DNA of 64,000 nucleotides from Lingula anatina (Eukaryota; Animalia; Brachiopoda): positions 32,060,401 through 32,124,400 of the forward strand of contig CM120641.1 in assembly GCA_051362555.1 (NCBI GenBank), written 5' to 3'. Positions 47,101 through 61,700 of the stretch are shown here, one piece after another. The position numbers were made by a program, and so were the translations under genes. The stretch's first letter is position 1; every line of letters begins with the position of its first letter. A model generated the notes under the pieces. It was not told where the DNA came from. It did not search any database and worked only from the letters and a program-made list of their open reading frames with translations.

Positions 47101-50100
47101 ATTGTCTGCCTGTATATGGCTTAATGGAATAGGCCATTAAAAAGGTAAAGCAGTTCTTCAACATCTAAAAAGCATGATGTGTGTGTTTGTGTGCACGTCT
47201 ATGTTCATATTTGACATTATGAGGTTGGCCTCTCTTAGGGGTATAGTGATTCTGTATAAAAATCTACAAATAAGGTATGATAATATGTGATGGTTTGTAA
47301 ATTGATATGGTATATGTGTGTGTTTTGTGCTTTTGTTTGATTGTCCTTGGATGTGTTTGTGTGCTCATGTATTTGTATTTGTGTGTTGTGTGGTTTTGTG
47401 CTAGTGTAATTTGTATTTGAGTGTGCTGTGTGTCCATGTTTATGTTTATATAAGTATGGTATGTGGTCTCTTGTTTATATGTTGTATGGCCTTGTATGTG
47501 TTTGTATCTGTGCTTTTATAGTGGAACTGTTATGAGCTTGAATGTTCATGCATCTGCATGTGTGTTGTTTGTGGAATATTGAGGGGAAGTATTGCTCTGT
47601 TTGGTTTTAACATGGTTAATAGCTTGCAATGTTGTAGCACCTTTACTAGCATCATTTTAATTGTACCACCTGTTTATTTTAAATTTTTTATTTTTCTAAA
47701 GACGAGAAATAAACACTGCTGATTTCAGACACCTACGTGTACTCCTCCAGCTGCCAGGGTATCACATCAATCTTATACACAGGCAGTACAAAGTTATGAA
47801 ACGTGATTTGCAGTCAGGCCACAAATCTTATACCAGTACTTTTTGTTATATTTCAGCATTGTGATCATCAATGAGATGTTGACAGTTACAAATGCAACCC
47901 CAAAACAAGTGCAGGTGAGCATTTCATCAGAAATACTATCAGTTATTTTTACCTCACCAAGACAAAGTCGAGGGAGCTATTGTTTATTGCATGTAATTTG
48001 GCAATGATCCATAAGTGCCAAACTATTATTTTGTTTAAGCTTAAGTTTACCTGGTGACTAAATATGGTGAAAATTCGGGTTGAATTCACAAATCGGCATA
48101 ATTCATTTTCACAAAAGTTATGGTGCACTTTTTATTCTCAACCGGGTTAAACCCTCAAATAAAATAGTGTGATTTAACATAATTATTTTACCCAGTAAAA
48201 TTATTGTAATCTCTTTGTATGTGTTTTTTAAACTAAGTTATAAGTCAGTATGGTATTTTGTACTTTTTCAGTCTTCATTCAAGCAAGTGACCCCTACCCC
48301 CAGTCCTAGTCCAGTCCCAGGGAGCTCACCAGTGGTCAACAGTCCACTGGCCCCTGATGTCCAGAGGGCAATGGTCAAATCTTTCTCCCAGCAGTCTGGA
48401 ATGAATGAGGAGTGGTCACAGAAGTAAGTACATAGATGGTGGACTCTGACAAGTGTGTGACAGCAGTGGATGTGGTAGATGTGATAGATGGGACAGTTAC
48501 GCAGGTTGTGCAATTGTGGTAATGATGACTTTTTGACGGTTGTGCCACTGTACTAGATGTAGCTTTGTGCTGATTTTGTGATTGTTGTAGATTTTCTTTC
48601 TGGTTGTGCCACTGTGCTGCATGTGACTGTGATGGCTGTTGTACAATACTGGATGAAATATGTTGTCCATTTGATAGTGATAGTGGTTATTTGTGTTATT
48701 TGTCTTGAAAAATCGGTCAGTAAACACGATGAGTATGTGCCACTGGGTCTTTGATGGTAAATAGTCTTTTGGTGAGCTATTGATTACATTTTGGGATGTT
48801 TATAACTTGTATGGTTTCACACTGCAGCTGTTATTTGGATACCCTTTCTTTGTGTTAAGTGATGATAAATATTATAAATATTAGATATGTTTTTGATATA
48901 AGATGAGGACAAGTAGTTTGATACCAAGGTCTGAACCAAGTGGAGTTCCCTTATTCATTTGTGATATAAAACATTAAGTAAGAATCAAGAGATAGCATAT
49001 CATATCATATCCATCGGCAGATATTTGTATATATTTTTCTTACTAACTCATTGGTTTGAGCTGTCAGTGAGTTGTCAACTGCCTGCCATCCTCATGTCAC
49101 TGAGTTGTCATCAGATGTCATTGTACTTGCCACACACCTGCCAAGCTGATGGCAGGTTCTTTTGACAGTTGTCATTGTGTGAAGGGTGCCTGTCACTGCT
49201 GCCAGTCTGTGTAACTGTATTATATACCCTCTCAATAATAGGCTCCATCGCTGACTTCTCCCCCCCCTTTTTTATCACAGTTCGTGTTATTGAGTAATTT
49301 AGCTAAAACATTGGTTTGGATTTAATTAAAAAGACAATGCATGACTACCCTGTAGGTGAATTTATTGGCATTTATCCTAGTCAAAAATAACGTAATCAGA
49401 GTTTGAGTTCAGTAAATTACTCAGTGCCAGTATACAGTTCCACTATATAGATACCAGTTATTCTGTACAGGCTGGATAATAAGGTGTATAATATGCTGCA
49501 TGCCAAACTGCCACTGCTGTCATTTCCAGGCCAGCATATTGATAATTAATGAACAGTTGTGAGATACTGGTACATTATGTATGAAGGAAGATGAGAATAG
49601 CATATTATTTATCTCTTTTTAGGTAGGTGATGGTGGGGGGGGGGGGGGGGGGGTTGGTTAAAGAAACTGAGTTTATGTAGAAATATTTTATTGATACATG
49701 CTCTCTTTTATGTCTGTGGATAATAGCAATTAATTTTGGCTACAGGTTGTCAGTCTGAACTTAAAAAAATATTTTCAATGTGAAGTTTGTTTACATAAAA
49801 AGGTAATTATGTTGTCATTGACTGCCTCGTCGGGTCAAGTTTACAAATTACAGAAATTTGGAGAAGGTGGTTTAACCCCCTTATTTTCAGTTGGTGGAAT
49901 AATAATTTTTTTTTTCATGAGGATTTGAGTTGTGTAAGAAACTGGTTGCATTATGATGAGAAAGCTCCTCAAGGTGCATCCCCCCTTTGTGTATACTTGC
50001 CTTCATTAGTGATGTGTTTGACAGCTATTGGTTCAGACTGGTGAAAGGAAATAATGAAAATAGGGCCTTGTGTATGTGTTAATATATCGCCTGACTGGCT

Positions 50101-51871
50101 GGGTCTATAATTAAATGCATGCTATTATTAATGAAAAATAACACATCATTCATGCCTGAAAAATGTTTTTATCAGTATGCAGACTAGTAATTGAAAGAGT
50201 GCTTATAGCCAGTTAATGTTGTGTTTTTATGTTAGTTTCATTCATTTATCAATTTTGAACAAGGGTGGGTAGGGTGTGTGCAAAATGCAGACTTGTTGCT
50301 GACTATTGGCGTCTGATAAGCAAATTTACTAATTCATTTTTGAAATCTGACAGAGACGATTACTGTGGTTGTAATCAAGCTGCTATACAAGAAGCAAATT
50401 TTGAAATATTATAGCAAAAAGCAATGGGGGTACTCGGTAAAACCCAAAATAGGAAAGGGATGTCAGGTAGACTTGCCATTTGTTTGAAACTAATAATTAC
50501 ACAAGGTATGAGCAGTTAAGTAAGAAATTGTGGATGTTCATTCTCCCACTATTGTTATTAAAGTCACTGATCAAGTTATCCTTTGTTTAATGGAATAAAA
50601 GGAGCTCATAACTCCTTAACTAAAAAAAATAAACCAAACCTTGCTACCAGATTATAGTTCTCACTCTAGTCATCAACCATTGACAGTTCTCATGATTTAT
50701 TTTTAAGTAAAATTGCCAAGTCAGAAAATGTTCACTATTTCAATTAACAAATCTGTGAAAATGACAATTTATGCTTGACCACTCTTATATGCACAAACAA
50801 GCAGGGTGGTGCATAAAGCAACAAAAAGGAGACTGTGCTCTAAAAGTGTTTAATTTTATTGTAATAATATAAAGATAAGTAATTCACATAAAAGAAGAAG
50901 GCAAAAAAGCTATTTTGACAAATTCAGGCCTTCAATATATGTCCACACCCCTTAAGGAACAGCAATAATTGGACCCTGGGCTGTTCCTGGGGTGGGATGA
51001 TTCTTCTCTATTTTTCCAAATGCATTATTATTTCTGTAAAAAGGAGATAAATACAGATGTATTATCTTGTTGTCTATGTTTATTAGACCCAAGCAGTGGC
51101 ATAGATATCCATAAGGCTGGTTTCCCTTGGGACAATCAACACTTGATAATGTGGTTAAATGTGGGGATATGCGATGGCTACCCATAAATAACAATTATAT
51201 AATATATTTTGTTACTTTCCAGGTGCCTTGATCAGAATGACTGGGATTTTCAGAAGTCTGCCAAGGTTTTCACAGAGTTACAGGTAAGCAGAATCATTGT
51301 AAGACCAGACAAAGTTGATAAGTCCGATAAGTAGGTTAAAGAGCAGTGACTCTATAAACAGGTCTTTAGAATAAATTCATTGTTTTTATTAATAATAATA
51401 ATTATTATTATTATATTTCATATTTTATTTAAGTTAGGTGGAAATGCTAAAATCTCAGCTTCATATAATGTAGAGCATATAAACGACATTTAAGTCATTC
51501 CTATGTCAGTTATGAGTTTGTCCCAATTACCAATTGAAACCAGTACCTAATGCTTTTTTTTCCATCTGAAAAAATAAGAGAAGCTTATTTCCTCAAAATT
51601 AGGGCTGGACAAGTCGCATGCTGGTTAACCAACTTCAGTTATTCATTTAGTGTAGCCTAATGTAGAGAACTTCAAGTTAAAGTAATGAAAAGAGTCTAAA
51701 ATCCTTAAAAAATATGTTCTGCAATTAAATACAAAGTTAAAAGGATAATCTTAAAGTATGATTTTTCAGATATGTAGCAAAATTAAAAATATTTATTTAA
51801 AAAATGTTTTCATTTGAAAATTTCAGCAAAAAGGAGCCATCCCTGCAGAGGCATACGTAAAACCACAGTGA
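32199..51871 (+). CDS. NXF1: Nuclear RNA export factor 1 (TAP/Mex67 family), 668 aa, 24 coding exons
   Basis: Exons 32199-32265, 32927-33055, 33303-33390, 33779-33861, 34310-34428, 36543-36626, 37131-37238, 37510-37581, 37847-37916, 38177-38265, 38639-38746, 39028-39137, 43357-43393, 43655-43779, 44107-44167, 44894-44940, 45787-45848, 46175-46290, 46520-46562, 46970-47042, 47857-47914, 48272-48423, 51223-51283 and 51827-51871 (2007 nt, all GT-AG, phases consistent). Domains: RGG-rich N-terminus with RYNPY, RRM ([12 protein letters not shown]), LRR ([10 protein letters not shown]), [25 protein letters not shown] linker, NTF2-like ([14 protein letters not shown]; LPKTSHD) and UBA/TAP-C ([23 protein letters not shown]). 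Confidence 0.96.
34456..35746. mobile_element. 1.29-kb non-autonomous hAT-like element in NXF1 intron 5
   Basis: Perfect 14-bp TIR CAGTGTTTCCCCTG / CAGGGGAAACACTG with a 6-bp TSD CAGATA. Contains a subterminal GGGGGTCCGGGGGCATGCCCCCCCGG palindrome. Confidence 0.85.
40563..40578 (-). promoter_or_regulatory. CTCF-like binding motif
   Basis: TGCTGCCACCTAGTGG reads CCACTAGGTGGCAGCA on the minus strand, a close match to the CTCF core consensus. Confidence 0.5.
41097..41156 (+). promoter_or_regulatory. CTE-like (constitutive transport element) RNA stem-loop
   Basis: UGUGGUU-AAAGA-AGGU-AAGA-UCUCUC-UCA-GAGAGG-CG-ACCU-AAGACA-AAACUAACCAUCA. It contains the CTE core ACCUAAGACA (41134-41143) opposite AAAGAAGGUAAGA, in sense orientation inside the NXF1 cassette intron. 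Confidence 0.75.
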
Positions 51872-52195
51872 CAACATTTTTAGGCCTTTCAACAAGGAGT
51901 ATTTTAACCTAGTACCTACACTTTTGCTGGTTCTACCTTGTAATGAAGCTAGGTGAAGTAGCTGATTGGTTATGTTATATGTGGGGCGTCTGCTTAGGTG
52001 ACTCTATTGAGAAATACCAGTACTGTACAGCTGTATCATAAAAGGCTAGATTACAAAAGTTCTGTACTGTTTTAATGGGTACAGACTGGATTGTTCAGCA
52101 TCAGTGAGAACTAAAGGGCACAAGACATATTCATTAGACTTGGTTTTTATTAATGTCTTCTGCAATAAGGATATTTTCTTATCTTTTCTCTTTCC

Positions 52196-52400
52196 TTTTT
52201 ATGTACAGACACAATGTGTGTGGTCATAAAGCCATCAGCTGTATCTGTCGTGACCATCATTGTTGCTGAAAGTGTTGCCATGAATTTTTTGGTTGTGAAT
52301 ACAATAAAGGGAAAACTATTACTTGTTATTCTTAGAATTTCAGGAAAGATGAATGGGACTAAAATTCATCTTGAGTTTGAAAACTGGCCTGAACACTACA
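52196..52400 (-). mobile_element. Degenerate HINE-family fragment in the NXF1 3' UTR region
   Basis: 'tttttatgtacagacacaatgtgtgtggtcataaagccatcagctgtatctgtcg' is a diverged reverse complement of the element end at 9870-9925. The right boundary is approximate. Confidence 0.5.
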
Positions 52401-53333
52401 TTTAAAGTTTATAATTTTTTTTTTCTTTCTATGGGTCTGCAGCCTTGTGCTAGTTATATTTTTTAACATCCACAAAAACAAAAGCACACGATTCAAAATT
52501 GGTGATGATTATGCTGCTTGACATAAATAACATTGCATCAGAATTTACAAAAAAATATATCTTGTGCATTGTCTTCTTAAATACGAAGGGAAGACTTGCA
52601 TGAATGAATCATAGGACTTAAGTGCAGATCAAGTTTGAAAACAGCTAGATTAGTTTTTTTTTTGGTCACTTTTCCATATTTACAGTGTTAAACAATGTCT
52701 GTCAGTATGTTAGCTTAAGTTGATTTGTTTTTAACTTTCATGTAGAATGGTAGATTTTTTGGGGACAGTAAAATGTCCTTTTTTTTTTTAAAGAAGTTTG
52801 CAACAATTAAAATGCAATGTGGAACATATTTTAATGCAAAGTATTTTGTTTTTAAGTAGAAAAAAATGTCATAATCCTTAATCTTGTTGTTAAAAATTGA
52901 TTTCAAATTATAAACAGTAGAGAAAAACCTCCTGTGTATATAGTTTTGCACAAAATCTATTTATGTGAATACAGTGTGGCACTGTGTAGCACTAACAAAC
53001 TAGAACACATTTTCAATAGTCAAACAGTTTTGATAAAGTATCAGATAGAACTTTTTTATAAAGCAAAAAATATATATATACACAGATTTGTATTGAGTAT
53101 TTTATGGTTTATGTTCACTGCTTCATTTATGGTTGCCCTAATGAAATTTATTAAAGATTCTTTTTTTTTTCTTTTTGTACAGAAAATAATTATGTTTGTA
53201 ATTCATTCATATGTTGTATATTTTATGGGAGGTTTTGTTGTACATAATTCATTGTTACAAATGTGTTTGGTGGTACTAGTTCCTGGATTCATTAATTCTG
53301 TTAAAAAAAAGTGCCAATGTAAACATATTTATT

Positions 53334-53339
53334 AATAAA
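53334..53339 (+). terminator. Candidate NXF1 polyadenylation signal
   Basis: AATAAA after a TGTA-rich and U-rich 3' UTR-like stretch. An alternative signal lies near 52303. Confidence 0.35.
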
Positions 53340-54135
53340 CAAAAATGGATCCGATGTACATTTTTCTTGATACTCTGTTGGCAAATGTTATTGAACCATT
53401 TACAAAGAAAGGAGTAAAATAGTATATTAGAAGCATGCATGAAATTTACCAGTAGTATTTTGAAGCTCTTTATGAAAGATGGAAATTAGCCTCTAGCTTT
53501 ATTCACCCTTGGACATAAAAATGTCCAAGATTCACCCTAAGATTCAGTAGCTTCATTGTTCATCAGTCCCCAAGTTCTGTTAAGGCCTCATTTTAAGAAT
53601 GTCACAAAATTCTAAATTCTCCTACTTATTTGATGGCCTTGTCGAAACTTCATACTGATGATTGGAGAAAAAGACATTCAGTGAACCTCCATGTAATATT
53701 AATGATGAACTAAAGAACTTCTTGATCAGCATTTTGACATTTGAAACTTCTCAAGACTGAGATGATGAACCTAAGCTAAGTAACTTCTGTTCACTAGGTC
53801 AACATTGTTTTATTTAGTATTTTTCAGTACAGATTTAGTGATGTTTAACTAATTATGGTTAAAAAGGAAATTAAAAATTAAAATTCCCGATTTTTGTAAA
53901 TTTTGAATTTTCAGTTTTTTCAAGGTTAAGAGAAAAAATGTTATTGAAACCTCAACAAGAAAACTAATAAAAATTTTGTTAATATGCATACTTATATTGT
54001 CCTTTTCTGTGTTTGAGTTTTGTTTTAAGATACTTGCCGAGAAGCTGGGCTATTTTTCATCAAGATACAAAGCTTCTCTTGGTGTAAAAACAAACAAAAA
54101 AATCTGTAAGGATGAAAATTGTTTTAACAAATCAG

Positions 54136-54244
54136 GGCCCAGTTTCATCAAGGCTGGATGGGCTATCCTGTGGATAACACTATCCATGGTGTTAATCTCT
54201 TCTCCATAGGATATAGCGCTATCCATCCTTGGTGAAACTGGGCC
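54136..54244. mobile_element. 109-bp Harbinger-like MITE
   Basis: TIR GGCCCAGTTTCATCAAGG / CCTTGGTGAAACTGGGCC with a 3-bp CAG TSD. Confidence 0.75.
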
Positions 54245-55431
54245 CAGGAGATCAAGACTGAAGTTTGGCAAAAGCTTTTGTTCAAGAACATATTCAGAAA
54301 AATGTATTTTGTTTCATTATGCCATTTTATCTATTTAATAAGTTCAGCCTTTTTTAAGTTTGGTACAAATTGTAAACTCTATAGACCTGAAGAAAGATGA
54401 ATATGCTTAAAAAATTTTGTTTGAATAAAGTATCATCTGGTAAAATGTGCATGTACAAGCACACTTCAACATTTAAAATGGCATAATTTTTTATGAAACT
54501 TTTTGGGTTTCTTGAGGTGATGTGATACAAGTCAAATATTTTAACATTTCAGTCCAACTCTAAAAAGCAGATGTCAAATAATATAAAACTTAAACCGATT
54601 CATTTCACTTTTATTGTAATATTCACCTGGTCATTTGGTATCTCCCCCCTACCTATATAAATAGCACTGCCTAATCTATTTATGTAATAATTACAGCTTA
54701 GCTATATATTGGTAAAAATAACTAAAAACTAAAAGCTTTTATTACAAATATTTTATCTGTTCTAAAATCGCTAGAAATTTCTTAATTCTAGCAGTTTATT
54801 GAAGATCACAGCAAAACATTTAGCACATTTGTAGCAAATTAAAAGATATACATATCAAGCAACCACGATCAAAATACTTTTCATAAATAATTTTAAAAGT
54901 TTAAGGCAAAAAGGAAAGCTAAATTGTTTTTCTTCAAATGAATTGTATTGAGTTGAATTTTACATAAGACATCACAGATATCAACATTCACTGATACTCA
55001 ATATGTGAATTAATATCATGTATATTATACCAAGTGGCCAACAATGCAACTTTCATTACTTTCAGTTAGGGAGGATGGCTTTCAAATTTCCTTAAAGCTT
55101 TAATCTGGTACTAAATATACAAATTACTGGACTACAATTAAAGTAACTTAATATGTTCCTAAAATACCAGTAGACATAAACTCTACTGGAAATGTAAGTG
55201 GGACAGTTCTAAAGACTGTTGAAAGATATGATAGATAGGAATATTAAACCGGACTTCAGCAAGCTGCTGATCAGCTAAGTGCTGAAACTGATGTTTTCTG
55301 AAACCCCCCTTCTATTTCTTTTTCTCAAAACACACACGCACGCACGCACACACACACACTTCATGGTCACTCACACACACCTGTGTACTCTTGTACTGTT
55401 TATATCAGAACTGATGGGGTACATATTAAGG

Positions 55432-55694
55432 TCAATCACGATCCAGTTGACTCCTCATTCTGGCCCGAGCACTCCTCCTATTAAAGTGGCGGTAAACAAC
55501 GACAAAGATGATGATGAAAATGGCCCCAGCAATCACAACTCCTATGAAAATCCATACTTTGTAGTCTATCTGGAAATCTTTATTACTTGGTTTCCCTGAA
55601 AAAGGTTGCAGCACAATTTAATATTTGTACCCTGCATAAGTTCATGTAATGTTGTATTTAATAATATGTGAAATATCTATATATGGCATCAATT

Positions 55695-55743
<49 letters not shown>

Positions 55744-58700
55744 TTTATTTCTTATATAGCGCATTCCATTTTTTACATTTCAATGCACTTTACAAATAAT
55801 TAAAAAAAGTCTAAAAATAACAATACTAAAATACTTTAACATTTACTGATAAAATTAATTAAAGAAAGCAGAGAAAACTTATTGATATAATAATATATAT
55901 AATTGATTTATACATAAAGCATGTAACTCTGAATAGACCTGCTGCACTATACCTTTGTCCTTGGGCTTACTTCCCAGCACTTTCAAGCAAGGAGACACAC
56001 TGGCTGAGGCTCTCTCTCCTCCTGGCTGTGGGTCCTTGGCTGTACCCCACAGGATCAGTTCATACCACAGCAGTTTACCTGAAAATACAATCTTATATAT
56101 ACATGTATTACAATCATGGCACACATAACAGAAATAATCTGGTATTGACATTACGTAAAGTCCTTACTATAAAATAAGGGGTGTTTTGTGATTTTTTTTT
56201 CCATCAACCACAACACCTTTTGGGTAACATTTTACTGTTCATTCAATTTTAAATCAGTGCTTATTTCCAGAAAAATATACAATTGTCTGGACATTGCCTG
56301 CAGGACAAAATATATTCCCTCAAGTCCTGCATACCCTGAGCTTGTACATGTAATAGATGCAATGTATGTGAGCTTTTTCATTTTCAAATGTATCCATTTG
56401 TTATTCCATATCTATTCATTTGGCATTTAAGGTGGAAATTTCAGAATGAAGAAGATTGTCTTTATTGGATCTGAATCTCTGGCCATATTTTAAAATTATA
56501 AATACTGTACAGCATTTAATAAGAGAAACATCTCATTCTTCATATTCTCATTCCATCTGATTTGAATTCTTAATGCTTAGCAACAAAGCCTCCTTAAAGT
56601 TATATTTTATATCAATATGACCTTTACCTGGACTGGTATTGTCAATGGACAGTGTCCAGTTTCCTGTTGGATCTTCCCCCCAGGACTGGACAGTAGTGAA
56701 CACCCAGTTCAAGGTGCCTGCCCGGTGGTCATTGGGTCTTGCTTCCAACAATCGTGACACTGTCCCCTGGGGAGAGGTCAGGATGACCCTGAGACCACTG
56801 AAGTCATCTGTTGTCAAGGCAACCCTCAACTGGACATGCTCCAGGCTGTTAACCTCTTCTGGGTTACCATGACAACCTGTTATATTCCGTTGGAGGGTGA
56901 GTGGGGCTCCACTGACAAAATCCCTAGAAAGATTTTTTTAAAATAGCAGTGCACGTAAAACTTTCCTTTTGCCACCTTCAATATGCATTTTCTATTATTA
57001 ACTGGACATCACTCCATCACTCTTTATCCTACAAACATTTTCAGCACTCTTTTCCTTACTAAGTTTGAGTGGACTGTTACACTATCAATTTTATTTCATG
57101 AAAAATAGGTATGTTGGCAGAGAAAGTATTTTATATTTAAAATGATCACTTTACATATACACAGCAGAAATCCCACTGGGCATTTTCCATTTTTTTTTTA
57201 CCAAGGTCTCATGGAAACACACTGTGGTACACACTTAACATCCAACCCAGACAGCAGTGCCCATCATTTTTGAAAATTTGGGAGGCACTACATACCTACC
57301 TTTTACCAGGGTCACATATTAATTTTTCACTAGATATTCGCAGACATATTTCTTTGGCTAATTCATATCACAATTCTGTGCTGAAGAAAAGTGCACATAA
57401 TTCATCTGTGGCCCTGGTAGAGGGTAGGCACTACCCATCATTAAGAACACTGTCAGCCCTGATCTAGGAACACTTGTCAGTTGGAGCATTTCAATTTGAA
57501 ATTACTTATTCACTTTATTTTAACTGGGCCCACTTGCCACTCCTGTGGTGTGTCTGTCAACAAATTATTGGGCAACAGTCAGCTACACTATAACAAATTA
57601 CTCCGCTAAATTTTGCACGCTGTACCACACTTTCTTATCACATCTACCATGTTTATGTCTAACCTGACTAGATACCCTCCGGGGCCGTAGCGATAGTCCG
57701 AAGGTTCAATAGTCCGAAGGTTCATTGGTCTGAATGTTCACTATAGAACCTTCGGACCAATGAACCCTTGATTAAAAAATCGATGAAAATGTTACCACTT
57801 TTTCGGACCAATGAACCTTCGGACTATCGAGACGCCCCCTACCCTCCAACCAGTTACTGAACCACATAGTCTGTCACTAGTTACTATACTTACTCTCCAA
57901 CTGGCTGTATATTACTGGTACACATCTGCTGTTGTCCCACTGCTGCAGAATTCCAGGTCTTTGCTATGCTTATCATCTTTGTGGCATCCAGCAAACCAAA
58001 ACCAAACATGTGGCTCACTACATTACATGAGAACAAGTGATGTGCCAACACAAAACATTACATGTAATACAAAATTATAATTTTAATTTATCAAGACACT
58101 GCATGACGTCTTATTTTTCAAAACACATTTTGAACTTTTCTTTCTTGAACATAAAAAATGGATCTTGTATGACAAATTGGAAATTTCTTTTGATATATGT
58201 AGTATGTACAAGTACCATGGAATCCAGCTCCATTGGTCTGCCAGTCGCCACTACATGCTGCCTCTGGGTTGGAAGATCGGGCTAAAACATGCTGCACATC
58301 TCTCCACGTAAGACTGGGACTGAAAAAGATGTGTATTATTCCAAATCCAACACTTATCATTTTACCAACCAAGTTCACATGATAGTACTCAAAACTGTCA
58401 CACATAATTAATAGTTTTTTTAATATTGTCTGCAATGAATATCAAGAACGAAACCAAACTTACATTTTGCAATTTTCATTTCAGAAATTAAGCTATTTCA
58501 CTGCAACAGCACATTTTAATTTCTTGTCATTTACTTCAACAAAAGCATCACTATCTACAATGTCAAAGTGAACTCACTTGCAGCCCAGGTTCTGAATATG
58601 GGGTATACATTAATGTGACAAAACATGCAAATATGGGTCAACTTGGCTCCAAGCAATCACACAAAGTGTGATGGCAGTTGGATATGGTGGCTGGATTCAT

Positions 58701-61700
58701 ATGTGTCCATAAGTGTAAGCATATCCTGCTATTATGTTTCATGTTCCTGTGCCTTCATTTCACCAACTGCCCAAACAGTGGAACATGGCAGGATACAAAG
58801 TCAATGTCTATCAATAATCAACTCTAAAAACTTGTTTCACCGCCAGAGAAAAAAAAATATGTGCACAAACACTGAAATTACTCTATACATACACTTTTAT
58901 GGTCAATAAATAAGTGAAATATTTATTATCTTATTTTTGAAAATCAGAATTTCACCACATTTGTTGGGATGCAGCTGGTTGTATTCTCCTAGCAGCTCAT
59001 GCATGTTTCTTACAATGCAGTAAATGTTATGTGATAAGCAAAAAAGGGATGACATATCAATCCAGCCACGATTAATTAACCACTATCTGAAACTCTTAAA
59101 GTTTTTACTGACTTCAAACATTAAAGCAATCGCATCTACTGCAATGCTCCAATGGACTTACTTGGCTTCAAGTGCTAAAGCAATCACACCAGCAGCAACA
59201 GATGCAGCAGCAGAGGTGCCAGAAAAGTTCCCTGTGCAACTATTCCCTGCTGAAGTTGTGACCTAGAATATAAAAGTAAATTGTTGAATTAATATAGTAA
59301 ATTTACTTCTAGTAAATGCAATATTGATCAATTTTACTATAATTAGAGTCTGCAAACAACATAAACCATGGTAACTTAAGTTATAATCAAAGATAAAGCA
59401 ATTATTGCCATAAATCAACTAACAGAAGCAAACCCTCACAAACACACTCACAAATTATAAGCCATTTTAGAGGAAAACCAGACTTACAATACTATGTGTG
59501 CTTCCTAGCTGCCTGCTATATGCTGTTGCCATGGTTGCACTACAGACCTCAGCATATTGCGGTATGCTACCGTCACTCTGAGCCCCAGCTATAGGTATGG
59601 TGTATATACTACCTACATAGCCATCTGTTCCGCAGTTGTCAGCTTCACCGCCATTACCAGCAGCCCACACATAGATATGCCCCTTACCTTCTCTGCCCTG
59701 GAGATTTACACAATTTACACTCATTTTTTTATAAAGCATATCGACTTTCTTCACCACTGTTACAATAAAACATAGTCTATAATCATCACTGATGTAACAA
59801 ATACAATTACCACTGTGACTACAAACAGCAGCACAAAAACACATCACCACTGTCACAACAAACACAATCACTTTTATCACGGAAATTTCCAAAAACACAA
59901 CCAAAATTGTTATAATAAACACTATTACCACTATTGATAAACACAACAAACATTTTTTACTGTCACAACAAACTAAATCACCATTACCATATCAAGCACA
60001 ATCATAACTGTCATGACAACACACGTTCTGAATTAATTTTTTATATCACCTGTAATAAACTTACCTCCATGATGCCATCCTGTAGAGCCAGCTGAGCCAG
60101 ATTCTCTGGGGCATCCCAGGTCTTGCCATCATCATTCACCCCCCAGCTGTTGAGGTAAATGTCTGCAGAGTTGGCCCTGGACTCCTGGTAAAGTGTGGCT
60201 GCTTCTAAGGCATCAAATGTCTCCTTCGCTTTGTTGAAGAACTTAATAGCTGGAATGAACAATGTCCAGTGCAAAGAGTTAAACATTGCCATACTGCTAA
60301 CTAATGGCAAATGCAGTGTTAGTGAATTTGCCCATAGGGATATGTAAGGAAAAGATGATATGATAAGAGAATATTGTTTGCCTTATTTGTGTTTTCCATG
60401 TTTAAGTTCCTGTGGACATTTGAAGACAAACTTTATTTCTTCACCACTTTCAAAAATATGTAGATAGACACATTTCTGTTATGTAGATAGATAGCTAAAA
60501 TGAAGTATAAACAGAATATTCAAATAAAAAGATAATACCATGTTTACTTACCTCCAATTTTAGCATTGTATGCCACTCCTGTTCCACACACACTATTGTT
60601 AGCTGTTGCTGCCACTACACCTGCACAGTGGGTGCCATGGCTGGGGAGAAAACAGACATAGACACTGAAGATGAGTAGGTAAAACTTGCATATATGTTTT
60701 TATGAATCCTATAAATATATACAGATCAAGATTGTTTCTAGAATCAAATCTTTTTTGATACAAATCAACTGTGCATTATCATTAGACAAGATAATAATTT
60801 GTTTCAAAGCATTAAAAGGGGGTGATAGAGTGTTCAGTAGGAGATGAGCTATAATACCTTCTGCCTTCAGGAGGACTCATGTTTTTGTCACTATCAATAA
60901 GGTTCCAACTTATATCAGGATCCTGAAATCAAAAGGAAACAAAATGGTATGTAACATATAACAAGATTAATTTATTAACATATAATAAGATTAAAGATTA
61001 TTTAATTACTTGTTTCTCAAACAGCTTTTATTTTTATCAGAGGTCAGAGGGGAGAAAATTTAAAAATATATATTTTTTTAATAATTACTTTTTAAACTAA
61101 AATCTCACTAATGTACTACTGTAAAACTTGTAAGTTTTCATGTTTATTTTATTCCGATGTGACTGTATGATCGAAAAAAAAAAATTTCTGGCTCAATTTT
61201 CTATTTTGCAATTTTTGAGGTCAGAAGAGTTTGAGAAACCAGTAATCAAAAATATCTGTCTTAAAGTAGGCTTTCTACTGCAGCTGCAAGTTTTTTTTTT
61301 CGTTTTGATAGAACTAAGAAGCTGATAAATGAAATACTCGTATCCCATAAAAATAAAAGTGAGCCCCATTAGCATCATGAGATCACAGATATTTGCTCAC
61401 ACACACACACACACACACACACTCTCACACACACACACACACACACACATTATAATGGTCAGCCTTCCTGAAGACATCTACTGTACTAAGTAATATATAC
61501 CGACTGATTCACTGATTGACTATGGGGACAGTTTGGGGGTATAATTCACAGATATACTTTATTAGTTATAGTGACTCCTTATAATCAAAAGAAAGTTAGA
61601 AATTGTTATTTTTTAGCTAGTCATCAACCTAAAAAGACAATTGGTAACATATTTTTGATTAACGAGTACATGTAACCTACATGATTGTATTTTTAGAATA

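Noticed and set aside
47160-47570. Long GT-rich tract in NXF1 intron 20, similar to 48450-48700
   Set aside because: It is a decayed simple repeat. UG-binding proteins could use it, but nothing specific supports a function.
59698-59949. Hydrophobic N-terminal extension of the 160-aa ORF that looks like TM helices
   Set aside because: This is TG-rich low-complexity intron sequence upstream of the acceptor at 59697. Only 59697-59488 is convertase exon.
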